A stretch of 64,000 bases of DNA from Bacteroidales bacterium (GCA_045606385.1 JAZURX010000021.1:6677-70676), one strand, 5' to 3'; counted from the first letter of the stretch, positions 10,530 through 21,713 are shown. Translations and numbers: made by a program. The notes: a model not told the origin generated them from the sequence alone.

Positions 10530-11870
10530 ATGAGTAAACGTATAGTTATATTGGGGGCCGGAGAGAGTGGCGCGGGTGCTGCTGTATTGGCGAAAGTCAA
10601 GGGATTTGATGTATTTGTATCAGATATGTCGATCATTAAGCCCACCTATAAAGATTTGCTCGATAGCTATGGCGTGTTGTGGGAAGAAGGTGTGCACACG
10701 GAATCAAAAATCTTGAATGCCGATGAGGTGATAAAAAGCCCCGGAATACCATCGACTGCACCTATCATTCGGGCTTTGGAGCAGCAAGGAACACCGATAA
10801 TTTCAGAAATCGAATTTGCAGGACGCTATACCGATGCCCGTATGATATGTATTACAGGAAGTAATGGAAAAACTACAACAACTTTACTTACCTATCATAT
10901 ATTGAAAAAAGCCGGGCTCAATGTAGGACTTGCCGGTAATGTTGGTAAAAGTCTTGCTTTGCAAGTAGCAACAGAGCATTATGATTATTATGTAATAGAG
11001 TTGAGTAGTTTCCAACTTGATAATATGTATCGTTTCAAAGCCGATATTGCCGTGTTGCTCAATATTACGCCCGACCATCTCGACCGCTATGGTTATGACA
11101 TGCAGAATTATGTCGATGCCAAGTTTCGCATTACGCAGAACCAAACCGAGAACGATGCTTTTATCTATTGGAATGCCGACCCTATTATCAGCAGAGAGTT
11201 GGAGAAGCATCAGCTCAAAGTGCGAATGTATCCGTTTTCTGAGACAAAGGAACCCGGCGTGAAGGCGTATACCGAAAACGAGCATTTATATATAGATGTA
11301 GAAAATACTGAGTTGTTTGATATAGACGAGGCCGAGTTGGCTCTGTCGGGGCGACATAACCTATATAATTCGATGGCAGCCGGTATATCGGCACGTATTC
11401 TCGAAATACGAAAAGAAGAGTTGCGAGCCGCGCTATCCGATTTTGAGGGCGTAGAGCATCGACTCGAGAAGGTTACGTGTGTAGGCGGTGTTCAATTCAT
11501 AAATGACTCCAAGGCAACGAATGTAAATTCATGTTGGTATGCCTTGGAAAGTATGACTACTCCCGTGGTATTAATACTTGGTGGAAAAGACAAGGGAAAT
11601 GATTATACCGAGATAGAGGATTTGGTTAAAAGCAAAGTACGAGCCATCGTGTGTTTGGGCGTGGATAATACGAAATTACATACATTTTTCGATGGGAAAG
11701 TACCCTATATATGCAACGCATCTTCTATGGAGGAGGCTGTAATGAAGGCTTACGAGGCTTCGCAACCCGGTGATGCTGTGTTGCTCTCACCCTGTTGTGC
11801 AAGTTTCGATTTGTTCAAGAGTTATGAGGATAGAGGCCGTCAATTCAAAGAGTGTGTCCATAAATTATAA
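10530..11870 (+). CDS. murD: UDP-N-acetylmuramoylalanine--D-glutamate ligase
   Basis: 446 aa with an N-terminal Rossmann GAGESG and the P-loop ITGSNGKTTT. Confidence 0.93.
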   Translation: MSKRIVILGAGESGAGAAVLAKVKGFDVFVSDMSIIKPTYKDLLDSYGVLWEEGVHTESKILNADEVIKSPGIPSTAPIIRALEQQGTPIISEIEFAGRYTDARMICITGSNGKTTTTLLTYHILKKAGLNVGLAGNVGKSLALQVATEHYDYYVIELSSFQLDNMYRFKADIAVLLNITPDHLDRYGYDMQNYVDAKFRITQNQTENDAFIYWNADPIISRELEKHQLKVRMYPFSETKEPGVKAYTENEHLYIDVENTELFDIDEAELALSGRHNLYNSMAAGISARILEIRKEELRAALSDFEGVEHRLEKVTCVGGVQFINDSKATNVNSCWYALESMTTPVVLILGGKDKGNDYTEIEDLVKSKVRAIVCLGVDNTKLHTFFDGKVPYICNASSMEEAVMKAYEASQPGDAVLLSPCCASFDLFKSYEDRGRQFKECVHKL

Positions 11871-11888
11871 AGCAAGGAGAGGCCGCAG

Positions 11889-13100
11889 ATGACAGAGAAA
11901 AATTCCATATTTAAGGGCGATAGTTATATTTGGGGTATATATATAATATTGTGTGTGATTTCGATAATTGAAATATTCAGTTCGTCGAGTTACCTTATTC
12001 GCAAAAGTCAGGATTTCATGTATCCGCTTATGCGTCAAATGGCCTTTGTCGTAGCCGGAATATTGCTGGTCGTAGTATGTCATAATTTCCATTATAAATG
12101 GGTGAAAGCGATGATGGTTCTGTTGTTGCCGGCATCTTTGTTCTTGCAGGTTGTGGCACTCTTTTCAACTCGTTGGTTAGACTTCGGATTTTCGGTGCAG
12201 CCTTCGGAGTTGTCAAAATTGGCAATGATTATCACATGCGCTTTTATACTTTCCCGTTTTCGTGACAAAGATCGAGATATTCCTAACAATGATGCATTCA
12301 AGAGGTGTTTGATAGTGACCTGTACTTTGTGTGGCCTTATAATCTTTCAAAATTTCTCGACGGCATTCATGATGGGTTTAGTGAGTTATTGTATGATGAT
12401 AGTAGCGCAAGTCGAGACCAAAAAATTATTGATTTTGGCAGGATTGGCCGCAGCGTTGGTCGGGGTGGTGTTGTCTATATCTGTATCTGTACATCTCTAT
12501 GAGCGCGAGCATCAAACCAAAACATGGATTGGCAAAGAAACCCGATTTGATGTATGGGGCGAACGCTGTGTCAATTTCTTCGGCTCTGACCCGGCTCATC
12601 TCCAGAAAATAGTAGACTCCAATCGTCAGGAACAGCATGCTTATATGGCGGTATATAACAGCCGAGGTGTAGGTGTGATGCCGGGCAATGGTTTAGGTCG
12701 AGATTTTATACCCGATATATATACCGATTATATGTATACTGTCATTATTGAGGAATGGGGTATTTGGGGCGCATTAATTGTCATGTTGCTCTATGTGATA
12801 TTATTCTTGCGAGCGGGTAAGATAGCTCGAGAATGTAAGAAAAAATATCCGGCTTACCTTGTGATGGGATTGATGATGATGATAGGATTCCAAGCCATAG
12901 TAAATATGGGTGTATCGGTGGGATTGTTTCCGGTAACCGGACAACCGCTTCCGCTTATCAGTCGTGGAGGGTCTTCGTTTTTGGTTACAAGTATGTATTT
13001 TGCGATTATGTTGAGTGTGAGCCGTTTTGCCGAGCGCACTACATCGGGCGACAAGGAACAAGATGAGTCCGATGCAAACGATGTATCGGTATTGGCATAG
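11889..13100 (+). CDS. ftsW: SEDS-family peptidoglycan polymerase FtsW
   Basis: 403 aa, polytopic, with conserved PSELSKL and TGQPLPLISRGGSS motifs. Lies between murD and murG. Confidence 0.9.
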   Translation: MTEKNSIFKGDSYIWGIYIILCVISIIEIFSSSSYLIRKSQDFMYPLMRQMAFVVAGILLVVVCHNFHYKWVKAMMVLLLPASLFLQVVALFSTRWLDFGFSVQPSELSKLAMIITCAFILSRFRDKDRDIPNNDAFKRCLIVTCTLCGLIIFQNFSTAFMMGLVSYCMMIVAQVETKKLLILAGLAAALVGVVLSISVSVHLYEREHQTKTWIGKETRFDVWGERCVNFFGSDPAHLQKIVDSNRQEQHAYMAVYNSRGVGVMPGNGLGRDFIPDIYTDYMYTVIIEEWGIWGALIVMLLYVILFLRAGKIARECKKKYPAYLVMGLMMMIGFQAIVNMGVSVGLFPVTGQPLPLISRGGSSFLVTSMYFAIMLSVSRFAERTTSGDKEQDESDANDVSVLA

Positions 13101-13121
13101 TAAAAACGTAAAAATAATAAT

Positions 13122-14231
13122 ATGGCACAAATCAGAATGTTGGTAAGCGGAGGCGGAACGGGTGGACACATTTTTCCCGCTATCTCTATTGCTAATGCGG
13201 TAAAAGCAAAATGCCCCGATGCCGAAATCCTGTTTGTCGGTGCTGAAAACCGCATGGAGATGGAGAAAGTGCCTGCGGCGGGCTACAAAATAATAGGCCT
13301 TCCGGTGAGTGGTTTCTCCCGACGACAAATTTGGAAAAATTTCAGAGTATTGTATCGATTGGCCAAAAGTATATCGCGTGCTAAGAAGATCGTTAAAGAT
13401 TTTACTCCCGATATAGCTGTGGGGGTCGGAGGATATGCCAGCGGACCTACTTTGTGGGCGGCAGCGCATCAAGGAGTGCCGACACTAATACAAGAACAGA
13501 ATTCATATGCCGGCGTTACCAATAAGTTATTGGCATCTAAAGCAGTAAAGATATGTGTGGCCTATGACAAGATGGAGCGTTTCTTCCCGTCAGACCGTAT
13601 AGTGATGACCGGCAATCCTGTGCGGCAGGAATTACAGGAAATTACCACTACTCGAGAAGAAGCATTGCAATTCTTTGGTCTCGACCCGCAGAAGAAAACG
13701 CTGTTGGTGGTAGGAGGAAGTTTGGGCGCACGTACTCTCAATAGTAGTATGATAGAACACCTCGGAGATATACCCGAAGATGTACAAGTGATATGGCAAA
13801 GTGGTAAATTTTACGATGAAACCGCTAAAAAAGCTTTGTCTGAAGGTGATTATCCGCATATTGTGCAGATGCCGTTTATTGCTCGCATGGATATGGCATA
13901 TCGCGCAGCCGATTTAGTCGTGTCGCGTGCGGGTGCGGGCTCTATTTCAGAATTGTGCTTATTGGGTAAACCCGCTATACTTGTGCCGTCGCCGAATGTA
14001 GCTGAAGATCACCAGACCAAAAATGCTATGGCATTATCGGAAAAAGGAGCAGCGTTGCTTATACCCGATGCCGAGGCGGTGTCGCGTCTTGTAGGTAAAG
14101 CGATAGATATAGTGCGTAATGATGAGTTGCTTGTAAATATGCACCAGCGTATATTGGCACTCGCTCAGCGTGATTCGGCCTCTCGCATAGCCGATATTAT
14201 TTTCGAAATTATAGAACAATCGAAAGCATGA
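13122..14231 (+). CDS. murG: UDP-GlcNAc:lipid I GlcNAc transferase
   Basis: 369 aa with GGGTGGHIFPA and SRAGAGSISE motifs. Confidence 0.95.
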   Translation: MAQIRMLVSGGGTGGHIFPAISIANAVKAKCPDAEILFVGAENRMEMEKVPAAGYKIIGLPVSGFSRRQIWKNFRVLYRLAKSISRAKKIVKDFTPDIAVGVGGYASGPTLWAAAHQGVPTLIQEQNSYAGVTNKLLASKAVKICVAYDKMERFFPSDRIVMTGNPVRQELQEITTTREEALQFFGLDPQKKTLLVVGGSLGARTLNSSMIEHLGDIPEDVQVIWQSGKFYDETAKKALSEGDYPHIVQMPFIARMDMAYRAADLVVSRAGAGSISELCLLGKPAILVPSPNVAEDHQTKNAMALSEKGAALLIPDAEAVSRLVGKAIDIVRNDELLVNMHQRILALAQRDSASRIADIIFEIIEQSKA

Positions 14232-15607
14232 AACCGATTACAGAGTATACATCACTCTATTTTGTAGGAGCCGGTGGTATAGGAATGAGTGCCCTGGTAC
14301 GGTATTTCTTGTCAAAGGGGTATCGCGTGGCGGGATATGACCGCACGGCAACCGATCTTACTGCGGCACTTGTGCGTGAGGGAGCTTCGTTGGTCTACGA
14401 CGAGAGTGAGTCGTTGATTCCCGAGTGGTGTCGTGACGCGGAGCACACATTGGTGGTATATACTCCGGCTATTCCGTCAGACCACGCGGGGCTTGTCTAT
14501 TTTCGCAGAGCCGGTTTTGCGGTTGTAAAAAGAGCCGAGTTGTTGGGTATGATTACACGTGCGTCGCGTGGACTTTGTTTCGCAGGTACACATGGAAAGA
14601 CTACTACATCGAGTATGGCAGCACATATACTCAATCAGTCGCCTATTGGGTGTAGTGCATTTCTTGGAGGAATATTGAAAAATTACGATAGTAATCTTAT
14701 TCTTTCCGATGGTAGCGATTATGTTGTTGTCGAAGCAGATGAATATGATCGTTCGTTTCATCATTTGAATCCGTATATGGCGGTGATTACGGCGACTGAT
14801 GCAGATCATCTCGATATATATGGTACTTATGAGGCTTACCTCGAGAGTTTTCGCCATTTTACATCACTGATACACAAAGATGGCGTATTAATCGTAAAAA
14901 AGGGGATAAATCTTATTCCCGATGTCGTCGACGGAGTGAAAATATATAGTTATTCACTCGATGACGGAGGTGATTTTTATGCGCGAAATATTCGTATCGG
15001 TGATGGTCGAATAGTTTTCGATTTTGTCACACCCCAAGAAGTGATACCCGACATCGATTTGGGTGTGCCGGTTCGTATAAATATAGAGAACGGTGTGGCA
15101 GCCATGGCTGTCGCCTATCTTTGTGGTGTTACTCCCGATGATATGCGTGAAGCGATGAAAAGTTTTGCCGGAGCTCGTCGCCGTTTCGATTATTGGGTAC
15201 GGGAAGGGAAAATAGTTCTTATCGATGACTATGCTCACCACCCCGATGAGATACGTGCGAGTCTCTCGTCGGTAAGGGCTTTGTATCCCGAGAAAAAATT
15301 ATCGGTGATATTTCAGCCCCATTTATATACACGGACTCGTGATTTTTGCGATGAATTCGCAGAATCTCTTTCTCTCGCCGACGAATTGATACTCCTCGAT
15401 ATATATCCAGCGCGTGAATTACCGATACCCGGTGTTTCATCGCAAATTATATATGAAAAAGTAAATTGTAAAAATAAAGTACTTTGCACGAAAGAAAAGT
15501 TGCTCGAAACAATAAAAGAACGTAACTTTGAAGTCTTAATAACCCTGGGCGCCGGCGACATCGATCGGTTGTTGCCCGACATACGTGATATAGTAACCCG
15601 AAAATGA
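14228..15607 (+). CDS. murC: UDP-N-acetylmuramate--L-alanine ligase
   Basis: 459 aa with GAGGIGMS and the P-loop GTHGKTTTS. Overlaps the murG stop by 4 nt. Confidence 0.95.
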   Translation: MKPITEYTSLYFVGAGGIGMSALVRYFLSKGYRVAGYDRTATDLTAALVREGASLVYDESESLIPEWCRDAEHTLVVYTPAIPSDHAGLVYFRRAGFAVVKRAELLGMITRASRGLCFAGTHGKTTTSSMAAHILNQSPIGCSAFLGGILKNYDSNLILSDGSDYVVVEADEYDRSFHHLNPYMAVITATDADHLDIYGTYEAYLESFRHFTSLIHKDGVLIVKKGINLIPDVVDGVKIYSYSLDDGGDFYARNIRIGDGRIVFDFVTPQEVIPDIDLGVPVRINIENGVAAMAVAYLCGVTPDDMREAMKSFAGARRRFDYWVREGKIVLIDDYAHHPDEIRASLSSVRALYPEKKLSVIFQPHLYTRTRDFCDEFAESLSLADELILLDIYPARELPIPGVSSQIIYEKVNCKNKVLCTKEKLLETIKERNFEVLITLGAGDIDRLLPDIRDIVTRK

Positions 15608-16341
15608 AGAATTTGTTAATATCTATATTTTCAATGGTTCTTGTGTTCTACCTGTGTGCCACATATGTGTGGAGTGGATCGGAGCATGAGCAATCGAAGT
15701 TTGCAGGGTTATATGTAGAGGTTGTCGACAGCAGTAAGAGTAAGACGCAATTTCTTTCTGCTGCAGAAATTCGTGCAGCCGTATATAGAAATATACCGAT
15801 GCCTTCTGACTCGCTCTTGTCTCACATCGATACTGATTCTATTGAGTCCTTGCTTCTTCAAAATCGTCTTATAAGTCGAGTTAATTGTTATACTACTCCA
15901 TCGGGATTGTTGCGTATAGATGTGTGGCAACGTATCCCCATATTGCGAGTAGAAGATGGGGCAAAAACTTTTTTTGTCGATGAAAATGGTGAGATTATCC
16001 CCGGACGTATGCCTGTACCTGTGCGTGTACCTATAGCAACAGGCTCTATAAGTAAGGATTTTGCGACCGGTGAATTGTATGATTTTGCCGGCTATCTGAC
16101 AGAAAGTGATTTTTGGCATGCTCAAGTAGAGCAGATATGTGTATCGCCCGAGGAGGAGGTATCCATTATTCCGCGAGTGGGAAATCATTGTATTATATTG
16201 GGCTCAATGTCGGACTATAAAGAAAAATTGAATAATTTGAGATGCTTTTATGATCAGGCACTCTCGAAATGTGGGTGGAACAAGTATCATACCATCAACC
16301 TAAAATATAAAAATCAGGTGGTGGCAACAAAACGAAAATAG
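15604..16341 (+). CDS. ftsQ: Cell division protein FtsQ
   Basis: 245 aa with one N-terminal TM helix, then a POTRA-like region. Lies between murC and ftsA. Confidence 0.8.
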   Translation: MKNLLISIFSMVLVFYLCATYVWSGSEHEQSKFAGLYVEVVDSSKSKTQFLSAAEIRAAVYRNIPMPSDSLLSHIDTDSIESLLLQNRLISRVNCYTTPSGLLRIDVWQRIPILRVEDGAKTFFVDENGEIIPGRMPVPVRVPIATGSISKDFATGELYDFAGYLTESDFWHAQVEQICVSPEEEVSIIPRVGNHCIILGSMSDYKEKLNNLRCFYDQALSKCGWNKYHTINLKYKNQVVATKRK

Positions 16342-16349
16342 AAAGAGGT

Positions 16350-17648
16350 ATGCAAGAACAGGGGAAAAATTATATAGTGGCTGTAGAACTTGGCTCAGCG
16401 TGTATATCTATGGCTGCCGGCTATCGTGACAGCGATGGTAAACTTTGTGTCGATGCAGTAGAAACGATTGAGAGTAATGGTTGCATAAAACGCGGACGCG
16501 TAGTGAATGTCGGTGATACCGCTCATAAAATCAATATGTTGCGTCGTCGTCTCGAAAATCGTATATCCCCTTACAAGATTTCGAAGGTGTATGTGGGTAT
16601 AAGTGGGCAGTCGATACGCTCTGTCGAATATCGTATTACACATACTATATCGAAAGATATTGCCATCGACGAGACTTTGTTGAAAGAGATTTCGGAAGAG
16701 GTGCTTGTTCGTTCAAAAAACGTGAATTACGAGATTTTTGACATTATAATGGGCGAGTGTCGCGTCGACGATCGTATGACAAGTAATCCTTGTGGGGAGT
16801 TTGGCTCGGAAATACAGGTGTCGTTTCGTCTTATCGTGGGTAATGATATACATAAGCGGAATCTCGAAAAAGTTTTTGAGCAATCGAAACTTCCGGTAGC
16901 AGGTTATATTACAACTGCTTTAGCAACGGCTTGTGTTGTCACGTCGAAAGAGGAGATGCACCAAGGTCTTGCTTTGGTCGATTGTGGAGCAGAGACTACT
17001 ACTCTATCGATATTCCGAGAAGGTCACTTGGTATATTTGGTAACAATACCTTTCGGTGGAAACAATATTACGCGTGATATTTGCGACTTACATATACAAG
17101 AGCGTGAAGCCGAGGAGTTGAAACGGTGCTATGAGCCGAAGCGCGATGGCGAATTGTCGGTTTCTGAGTCGTGGGAGCAACAAGGATATTATGATATAAA
17201 GCCCGAGAAATTGGAGGAGGTAATCGTTGCGCGTCTCGAAGAGATAATAGCCAATGTAGTGCATCAACTCGAAGAGTCACGTCATAAGCCATATCTTGCA
17301 TATGGTATAACTCTTGTGGGAGGCGCTCGAAAGCTCAAAGGTCTGCGTGAAATGCTGAAACGTACTTCCGGACTTGATGTGTATGTGGGCAGTATAATGG
17401 GTGTGAATCTCCCTAAAAATCATAATGTGAGTGATATGGCACAAGTCGTAGGTTTATTGCAAAAGGGAGACACAGTATGTGCCATAGCCGAAGTGTTTGA
17501 GAATATGGCATCTCACTCTGTGTCACCATCGGTCGAGCAGAACTCGCCGAATACTCCGAAAGAGGAGCCAAAAGTCCGTAAATCAGGCGCAAGGGCTATG
17601 GAAGGCATTGAAAAGTTGTTCAAGGACATTGTGGGCGGAGATGATTAA
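16350..17648 (+). CDS. ftsA: Cell division protein FtsA
   Basis: 432 aa, actin-like ATPase fold (VELGSACIS, DCGAETTT, GGARKLKGL), C-terminal amphipathic tail. Confidence 0.93.
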   Translation: MQEQGKNYIVAVELGSACISMAAGYRDSDGKLCVDAVETIESNGCIKRGRVVNVGDTAHKINMLRRRLENRISPYKISKVYVGISGQSIRSVEYRITHTISKDIAIDETLLKEISEEVLVRSKNVNYEIFDIIMGECRVDDRMTSNPCGEFGSEIQVSFRLIVGNDIHKRNLEKVFEQSKLPVAGYITTALATACVVTSKEEMHQGLALVDCGAETTTLSIFREGHLVYLVTIPFGGNNITRDICDLHIQEREAEELKRCYEPKRDGELSVSESWEQQGYYDIKPEKLEEVIVARLEEIIANVVHQLEESRHKPYLAYGITLVGGARKLKGLREMLKRTSGLDVYVGSIMGVNLPKNHNVSDMAQVVGLLQKGDTVCAIAEVFENMASHSVSPSVEQNSPNTPKEEPKVRKSGARAMEGIEKLFKDIVGGDD

Positions 17649-17668
17649 CCCCAAAAACTTTATGACGT

Positions 17669-18871
17669 ATGGAAGAAGAAAAACCTCAAATAATAGTGGA
17701 AGATACGCGCGAATTGCCGGCAATCATCAAAGTTGTGGGAGTAGGAGGCGGCGGTGGTAATGCCGTAAAAAATATGTATAATACCGGTATCAAAGATGTA
17801 TTTTATGCACTTTGCAATACCGATCGTCAGCATATGAAGCGTACTCCGATAGAGCAAACGGTCGTGTTAGGCGCTGCTGGTCATGGCGCCGGCGGGATAC
17901 CTGAGGTGGCTCGTAAGTTAGCCGAGGAGAGTGTTGAAGATATTCGTACTCTGTTCAAGGACGTGGATATGACCTTTATCACCGCCGGTATGGGTGGAGG
18001 TACCGGTACCGGAGCCTCGCCTGTCGTGGCGCGTGTAGCCAAAGAGATGGGTGTGCTTACCGTAGGGATTGTAACGTTGCCTTTCAGTTTCGAGGGCGAT
18101 TACAAGATAAATCAAGCTGTGGAAGGTGCGCGAGAGTTGGCAAAAAATGTCGATGCATTGCTTGTAATAAATAATGAAAATCTACGAAAAGTCTATCCCG
18201 ACTTTTCGGTGTGGAACGCATTTGCCAAAGCCGATGATACGTTGACCCTGGCTGCAAAAAGCATAGCCGAGCTTATTACACAAGAGGGGTATATCAATGT
18301 CGACTTCAAAGATGTGCAAAATACGCTCTCAGATGGTGGATTGGCCATAATGAGTACCGGCTATGGTGAGGGTACAAATCGTATTACAAAAGCGATAGAT
18401 GATGCGCTTCATTCGCCGTTGATGGCAACCAATGAAATTTATAAGGCCAAGAAGATACTCATAAACATGTATCTGAGTCGCAACAGTGGTGAGGATCAAG
18501 TGGTCATGCATGAGTTTAGACAACTCAATGATTTTGCCAAAAAGTTCAGAGATGCCGGAGTCGATGTGCAGACCATTACGGGGTTGACACAAGATGATAC
18601 ATTAGGCGGTAAGGTGAAAATTACCATCTTGGCATCTCATTTCGAAAATAAGGAAAATATTCCTATCAACGATTTATATACCGACGATAAGGAATATGCC
18701 ATACTCACGGTGGCTCAGATGGACAATAATGCCTTACTTGAGATGGTCGATCGTACTCCGGCCTATAAGCGTCCGTCGGACTTTTTGGATCAACTGAAGA
18801 ATATTGTTCCTGCACCTAAATCGACCGAGCAGGTACATAGTGCCGATGGAGCTATTTGTTTCCACGATTAG
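17669..18871 (+). CDS. ftsZ: Cell division GTPase FtsZ
   Basis: 400 aa with tubulin signature GGGTGTGA, plus [11 protein letters not shown]. Confidence 0.97.
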   Translation: MEEEKPQIIVEDTRELPAIIKVVGVGGGGGNAVKNMYNTGIKDVFYALCNTDRQHMKRTPIEQTVVLGAAGHGAGGIPEVARKLAEESVEDIRTLFKDVDMTFITAGMGGGTGTGASPVVARVAKEMGVLTVGIVTLPFSFEGDYKINQAVEGARELAKNVDALLVINNENLRKVYPDFSVWNAFAKADDTLTLAAKSIAELITQEGYINVDFKDVQNTLSDGGLAIMSTGYGEGTNRITKAIDDALHSPLMATNEIYKAKKILINMYLSRNSGEDQVVMHEFRQLNDFAKKFRDAGVDVQTITGLTQDDTLGGKVKITILASHFENKENIPINDLYTDDKEYAILTVAQMDNNALLEMVDRTPAYKRPSDFLDQLKNIVPAPKSTEQVHSADGAICFHD

Positions 18872-18951
18872 TGATTGTGCAAATCTTTTACACAATTGTT
18901 GTTCGGTCATACGTTACATAGAATATAATATAACATATAATAAGAAGAATT

Positions 18952-19401
18952 ATGAGTTTGTTCGATCAAATCAGTAATGACATCAAGGCCGCAATGTTGG
19001 CACGCGACAAGCAACGTCTCGAAGCTCTTCGCGGTATCAAGAAAGAATTTATAGAAGCGAAAACCGCCAAAGGCTCTGATGGGGAACTTGCCGATGATGT
19101 GGCAATGAAGATACTTGCCAAAATGGCGAAACAACGTCGTGAGAGCGCGCAGATATACACCACCCAAAATCGTCCCGATTTGGCAGAACCCGAACTTGCC
19201 GAAGCCGCGGTTATCGAATCGTATTTACCCCAACCTATGAGCGATGAAGAGTTGACAGCGGTTATTAAAGAAATTATTGCCGAGGTGGGAGCTGCATCGG
19301 TCAAGGAGATGGGAAAAGTGATGGGTGTCGCATCGAAAAAATTGGCCGGTAAAGCCGATGGTAAAGCCATCTCAGACAAAGTCAAGGCCCTTTTGGCGTA
19401 A
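18952..19401 (+). CDS. GatB/YqeY domain protein
   Basis: 149 aa beginning MSLFDQISNDIKAAMLARDKQRLEALRGIK, typical of YqeY-like proteins. Confidence 0.85.
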   Translation: MSLFDQISNDIKAAMLARDKQRLEALRGIKKEFIEAKTAKGSDGELADDVAMKILAKMAKQRRESAQIYTTQNRPDLAEPELAEAAVIESYLPQPMSDEELTAVIKEIIAEVGAASVKEMGKVMGVASKKLAGKADGKAISDKVKALLA

Positions 19402-19446
19402 CAGAGAACGAATAAAAAAGATTGTTTACCATAAATTGACAAAATT

Positions 19447-20718
19447 ATGCTTACACTTGCCGCGATAAAAGAGAATCCCGAAGAGATAATTCGGAAGTTG
19501 GCAAAAAAACATTTCGATGCCCGAGAAGCTATCGAAAAAGTATTGGAACTCGATAAAGTACGTCGTGCATCACAAGTAGAGCTTGATAACAGCCTTTCTA
19601 ATCTTAAAGGTTTGGCTGCACAGATAGGCAAATTGATGAAAGAGGGCAATCGTGAGGAAGCCGAGGCCGTAAAACAGCAAGTAGCTGATATAAAAGAAGC
19701 CAATAAGCAACTCGAAGAAACCATGACTTCGGCCGAGAATGGAATTACAGAGATATTGCTCTCTGTGCCCAATGTACCGTGTGATATGGTACCCGAAGGT
19801 CGTACTGCCGATGATAACATAGTGGAGCGTATGGGTGGAACTGTTCCCGAACTTGCTGCCGATGCGATGCCCCATTGGGATCTTGCACGCAAATATGATC
19901 TTATCGACTTCGAATTGGGTGTGAAGATTACCGGTGCCGGATTTCCTGTTTACAAAGGGAAGGGTGCACGTTTGCAGCGGGCACTCATCAGCTTTTTCCT
20001 CGACAATGCCCGCGAGGCCGGTTATCTTGAGATACAACCTCCTTATGTGGTAAATGCCGCTTCGGGATATGGTACCGGTCAATTGCCCGACAAAGAGGGG
20101 CAGATGTATCATTGTACCGCCGACGATCTCTATCTTATACCTACCGCCGAGGTGCCTGTCACCAATATCTATCGCGACGTAATACTCGAGGAGTCGCAAC
20201 TCCCCGTGCGCAATACCGCCTACTCGGCTTGTTTCCGTCGCGAAGCCGGTTCTTATGGAAAAGATGTACGTGGTCTCAATCGTTTGCACCAGTTCGATAA
20301 GGTCGAAATCGTGCAGATACAGCACCCCGACCACTCATATGAGTCACTTACCGAAATGGTAAATTATGTGCAGACGTTGGTTGAGAAACTCGAGCTCCCG
20401 TGGCGTATACTCCGCCTATGCGGTGGCGATATGAGTTTTACTTCGGCCATTACATTCGACTTTGAGGTATTTTCGGCTGCACAGCAACGTTGGCTCGAAG
20501 TAAGTTCGGTGTCGAACTTTGAGAGCTACCAAGCCAATCGTTTGAAATGCCGTTTCCGTGGTGCCGATAAGAAAATACGTCTTGCACATACTCTCAATGG
20601 CAGTGCTCTTGCTCTGCCTCGTATTGTGGCGGCTCTGCTCGAAAATAATCAGACCCCCGAAGGTATTCGCATACCTAAAGCACTTGTGCCTTATACAGGA
20701 TTTGATATCATAGACTGA
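19447..20718 (+). CDS. serS: Seryl-tRNA synthetase
   Basis: 423 aa with an N-terminal coiled-coil arm and class II motifs (FRREAGS, GSALALPR). Confidence 0.96.
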   Translation: MLTLAAIKENPEEIIRKLAKKHFDAREAIEKVLELDKVRRASQVELDNSLSNLKGLAAQIGKLMKEGNREEAEAVKQQVADIKEANKQLEETMTSAENGITEILLSVPNVPCDMVPEGRTADDNIVERMGGTVPELAADAMPHWDLARKYDLIDFELGVKITGAGFPVYKGKGARLQRALISFFLDNAREAGYLEIQPPYVVNAASGYGTGQLPDKEGQMYHCTADDLYLIPTAEVPVTNIYRDVILEESQLPVRNTAYSACFRREAGSYGKDVRGLNRLHQFDKVEIVQIQHPDHSYESLTEMVNYVQTLVEKLELPWRILRLCGGDMSFTSAITFDFEVFSAAQQRWLEVSSVSNFESYQANRLKCRFRGADKKIRLAHTLNGSALALPRIVAALLENNQTPEGIRIPKALVPYTGFDIID

Positions 20719-20735
20719 TAAAGCAACATTTATCG

Positions 20736-20767
20736 ACGGGAGATATTATGTATCTCCCGTTTTTTTG
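20736..20767 (+). terminator. Rho-independent terminator of serS
   Basis: ACGGGAGATA / TATCTCCCGT 10-bp stem, 5-nt loop, T7 run. Confidence 0.85.
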
Positions 20768-20819
20768 TCGAAATAGTTGCTATTATGTAGAGGAAGATTA
20801 ACTTTGTCGTGTAAATCGT

Positions 20820-21563
20820 ATGAATATGAAACGAATAGTGATAGTGGGGGCAACCTCGGGTATAGGTATGGAAGTGGCTCGGCTGTGTATAGCTGCCGGT
20901 TGGAGAGTGGCTGTCGCCGGTCGTAGGGTCGAGCGGCTCGAATCGTTACGTGCGCTTGCTCCCGACAGGGTCATCACCGCGGCGCTCGATATTACCGCCA
21001 TCGATGCCGATGCCCTGCTTATGTCGATGGTCGATGCCTTGGGGGGAATGGATATATACTTCCATGTGTCGGGTATCGGTAGGCAGAATATGTTGTTGGA
21101 CCCTTCGATAGAGCTACGTACGATGCATACCAATGTTGTGGGTTTCACCCGCATGGTAGTGGCGGCGTATAATTATTTTGCCGTCAAAGGTGGCGGACAT
21201 ATAGCGGCAGTATCGTCGATTGCGGGAACCAAAGGGCTCGGGTCGGCACCGGCATACTCGGCCACCAAGCGATTCCAAAACAATTATCTCGATGCATTGG
21301 CGCAGCAATCGCGTATGCGACGTCTGCATATTGCTTTTACCGACATACGTCCCGGATTTGTAGCTACCGACCTGCTCGACGGCGACAATCACTATCCGAT
21401 GATGTTGAAGGTCGACTATGCGGCACGAAAGATATTCCGAGCCATAAAGCAGCGTCGCCGTAGAACGATTATCGATTGGAAATATGCTATTTTGGTCGCT
21501 TTCTGGCGACTTATACCATCGTATATTTGGGAACGATTGCCGATAAGAACTCGCAAGAAATAA
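20820..21563 (+). CDS. Short-chain dehydrogenase/reductase (SDR) family oxidoreductase
   Basis: 247 aa with GATSGIG cofactor motif and YSATK catalytic motif. Confidence 0.88.
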   Translation: MNMKRIVIVGATSGIGMEVARLCIAAGWRVAVAGRRVERLESLRALAPDRVITAALDITAIDADALLMSMVDALGGMDIYFHVSGIGRQNMLLDPSIELRTMHTNVVGFTRMVVAAYNYFAVKGGGHIAAVSSIAGTKGLGSAPAYSATKRFQNNYLDALAQQSRMRRLHIAFTDIRPGFVATDLLDGDNHYPMMLKVDYAARKIFRAIKQRRRRTIIDWKYAILVAFWRLIPSYIWERLPIRTRKK

Positions 21564-21569
21564 AAACAC

Positions 21570-21600
21570 AGAAAGCCTCTGTTGGGAGGCTTTCTTATTA
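21570..21600. terminator. Hairpin terminator after the SDR gene; also terminates the convergent minus-strand small-ORF array
   Basis: AGAAAGCCTC / GAGGCTTTCT 10-bp stem, 6-nt loop, T-rich tracts on both strands. Confidence 0.75.
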
Positions 21601-21608
21601 TTGTTACA

Positions 21609-21626
21609 TAATTTATATTATGTTAA
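21609..21626. repeat. Copy 1 of the 18-nt motif TAATTTATATTATGTTAA
   Basis: Exact copy. With its 6-nt left extension GTTACA it also matches copy 2 (GTTACG). Contains the stop codon of small ORF A. Confidence 0.9.
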
Positions 21627-21697
21627 GAAAGAAGATATAACAAACATGTTGCATAGATCAAAATATAGAAACCAACTTTTATTATTTTATCTTCCAT
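21623..21697 (-). CDS. Candidate 24-aa hydrophobic micropeptide (unit A)
   Basis: My own translation gives MEDKIIKVGFYILIYATCLLYLLS. A TATATTTG -7 box lies 16 nt upstream. The stop falls inside the repeated 18-nt motif. Confidence 0.35.
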   Translation of the reverse strand: MEDKIIKVGFYILIYATCLLYLLS

Positions 21698-21713
21698 TTT
21701 TTTTCTTTTGATG

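Noticed and set aside
18966-19892. 308-aa minus-strand ORF spanning the yqeY-like gene and the start of serS
   Set aside because: Ser/Ala-rich and low in complexity. It is fully antisense to two strongly recognisable genes, making it a typical shadow ORF.
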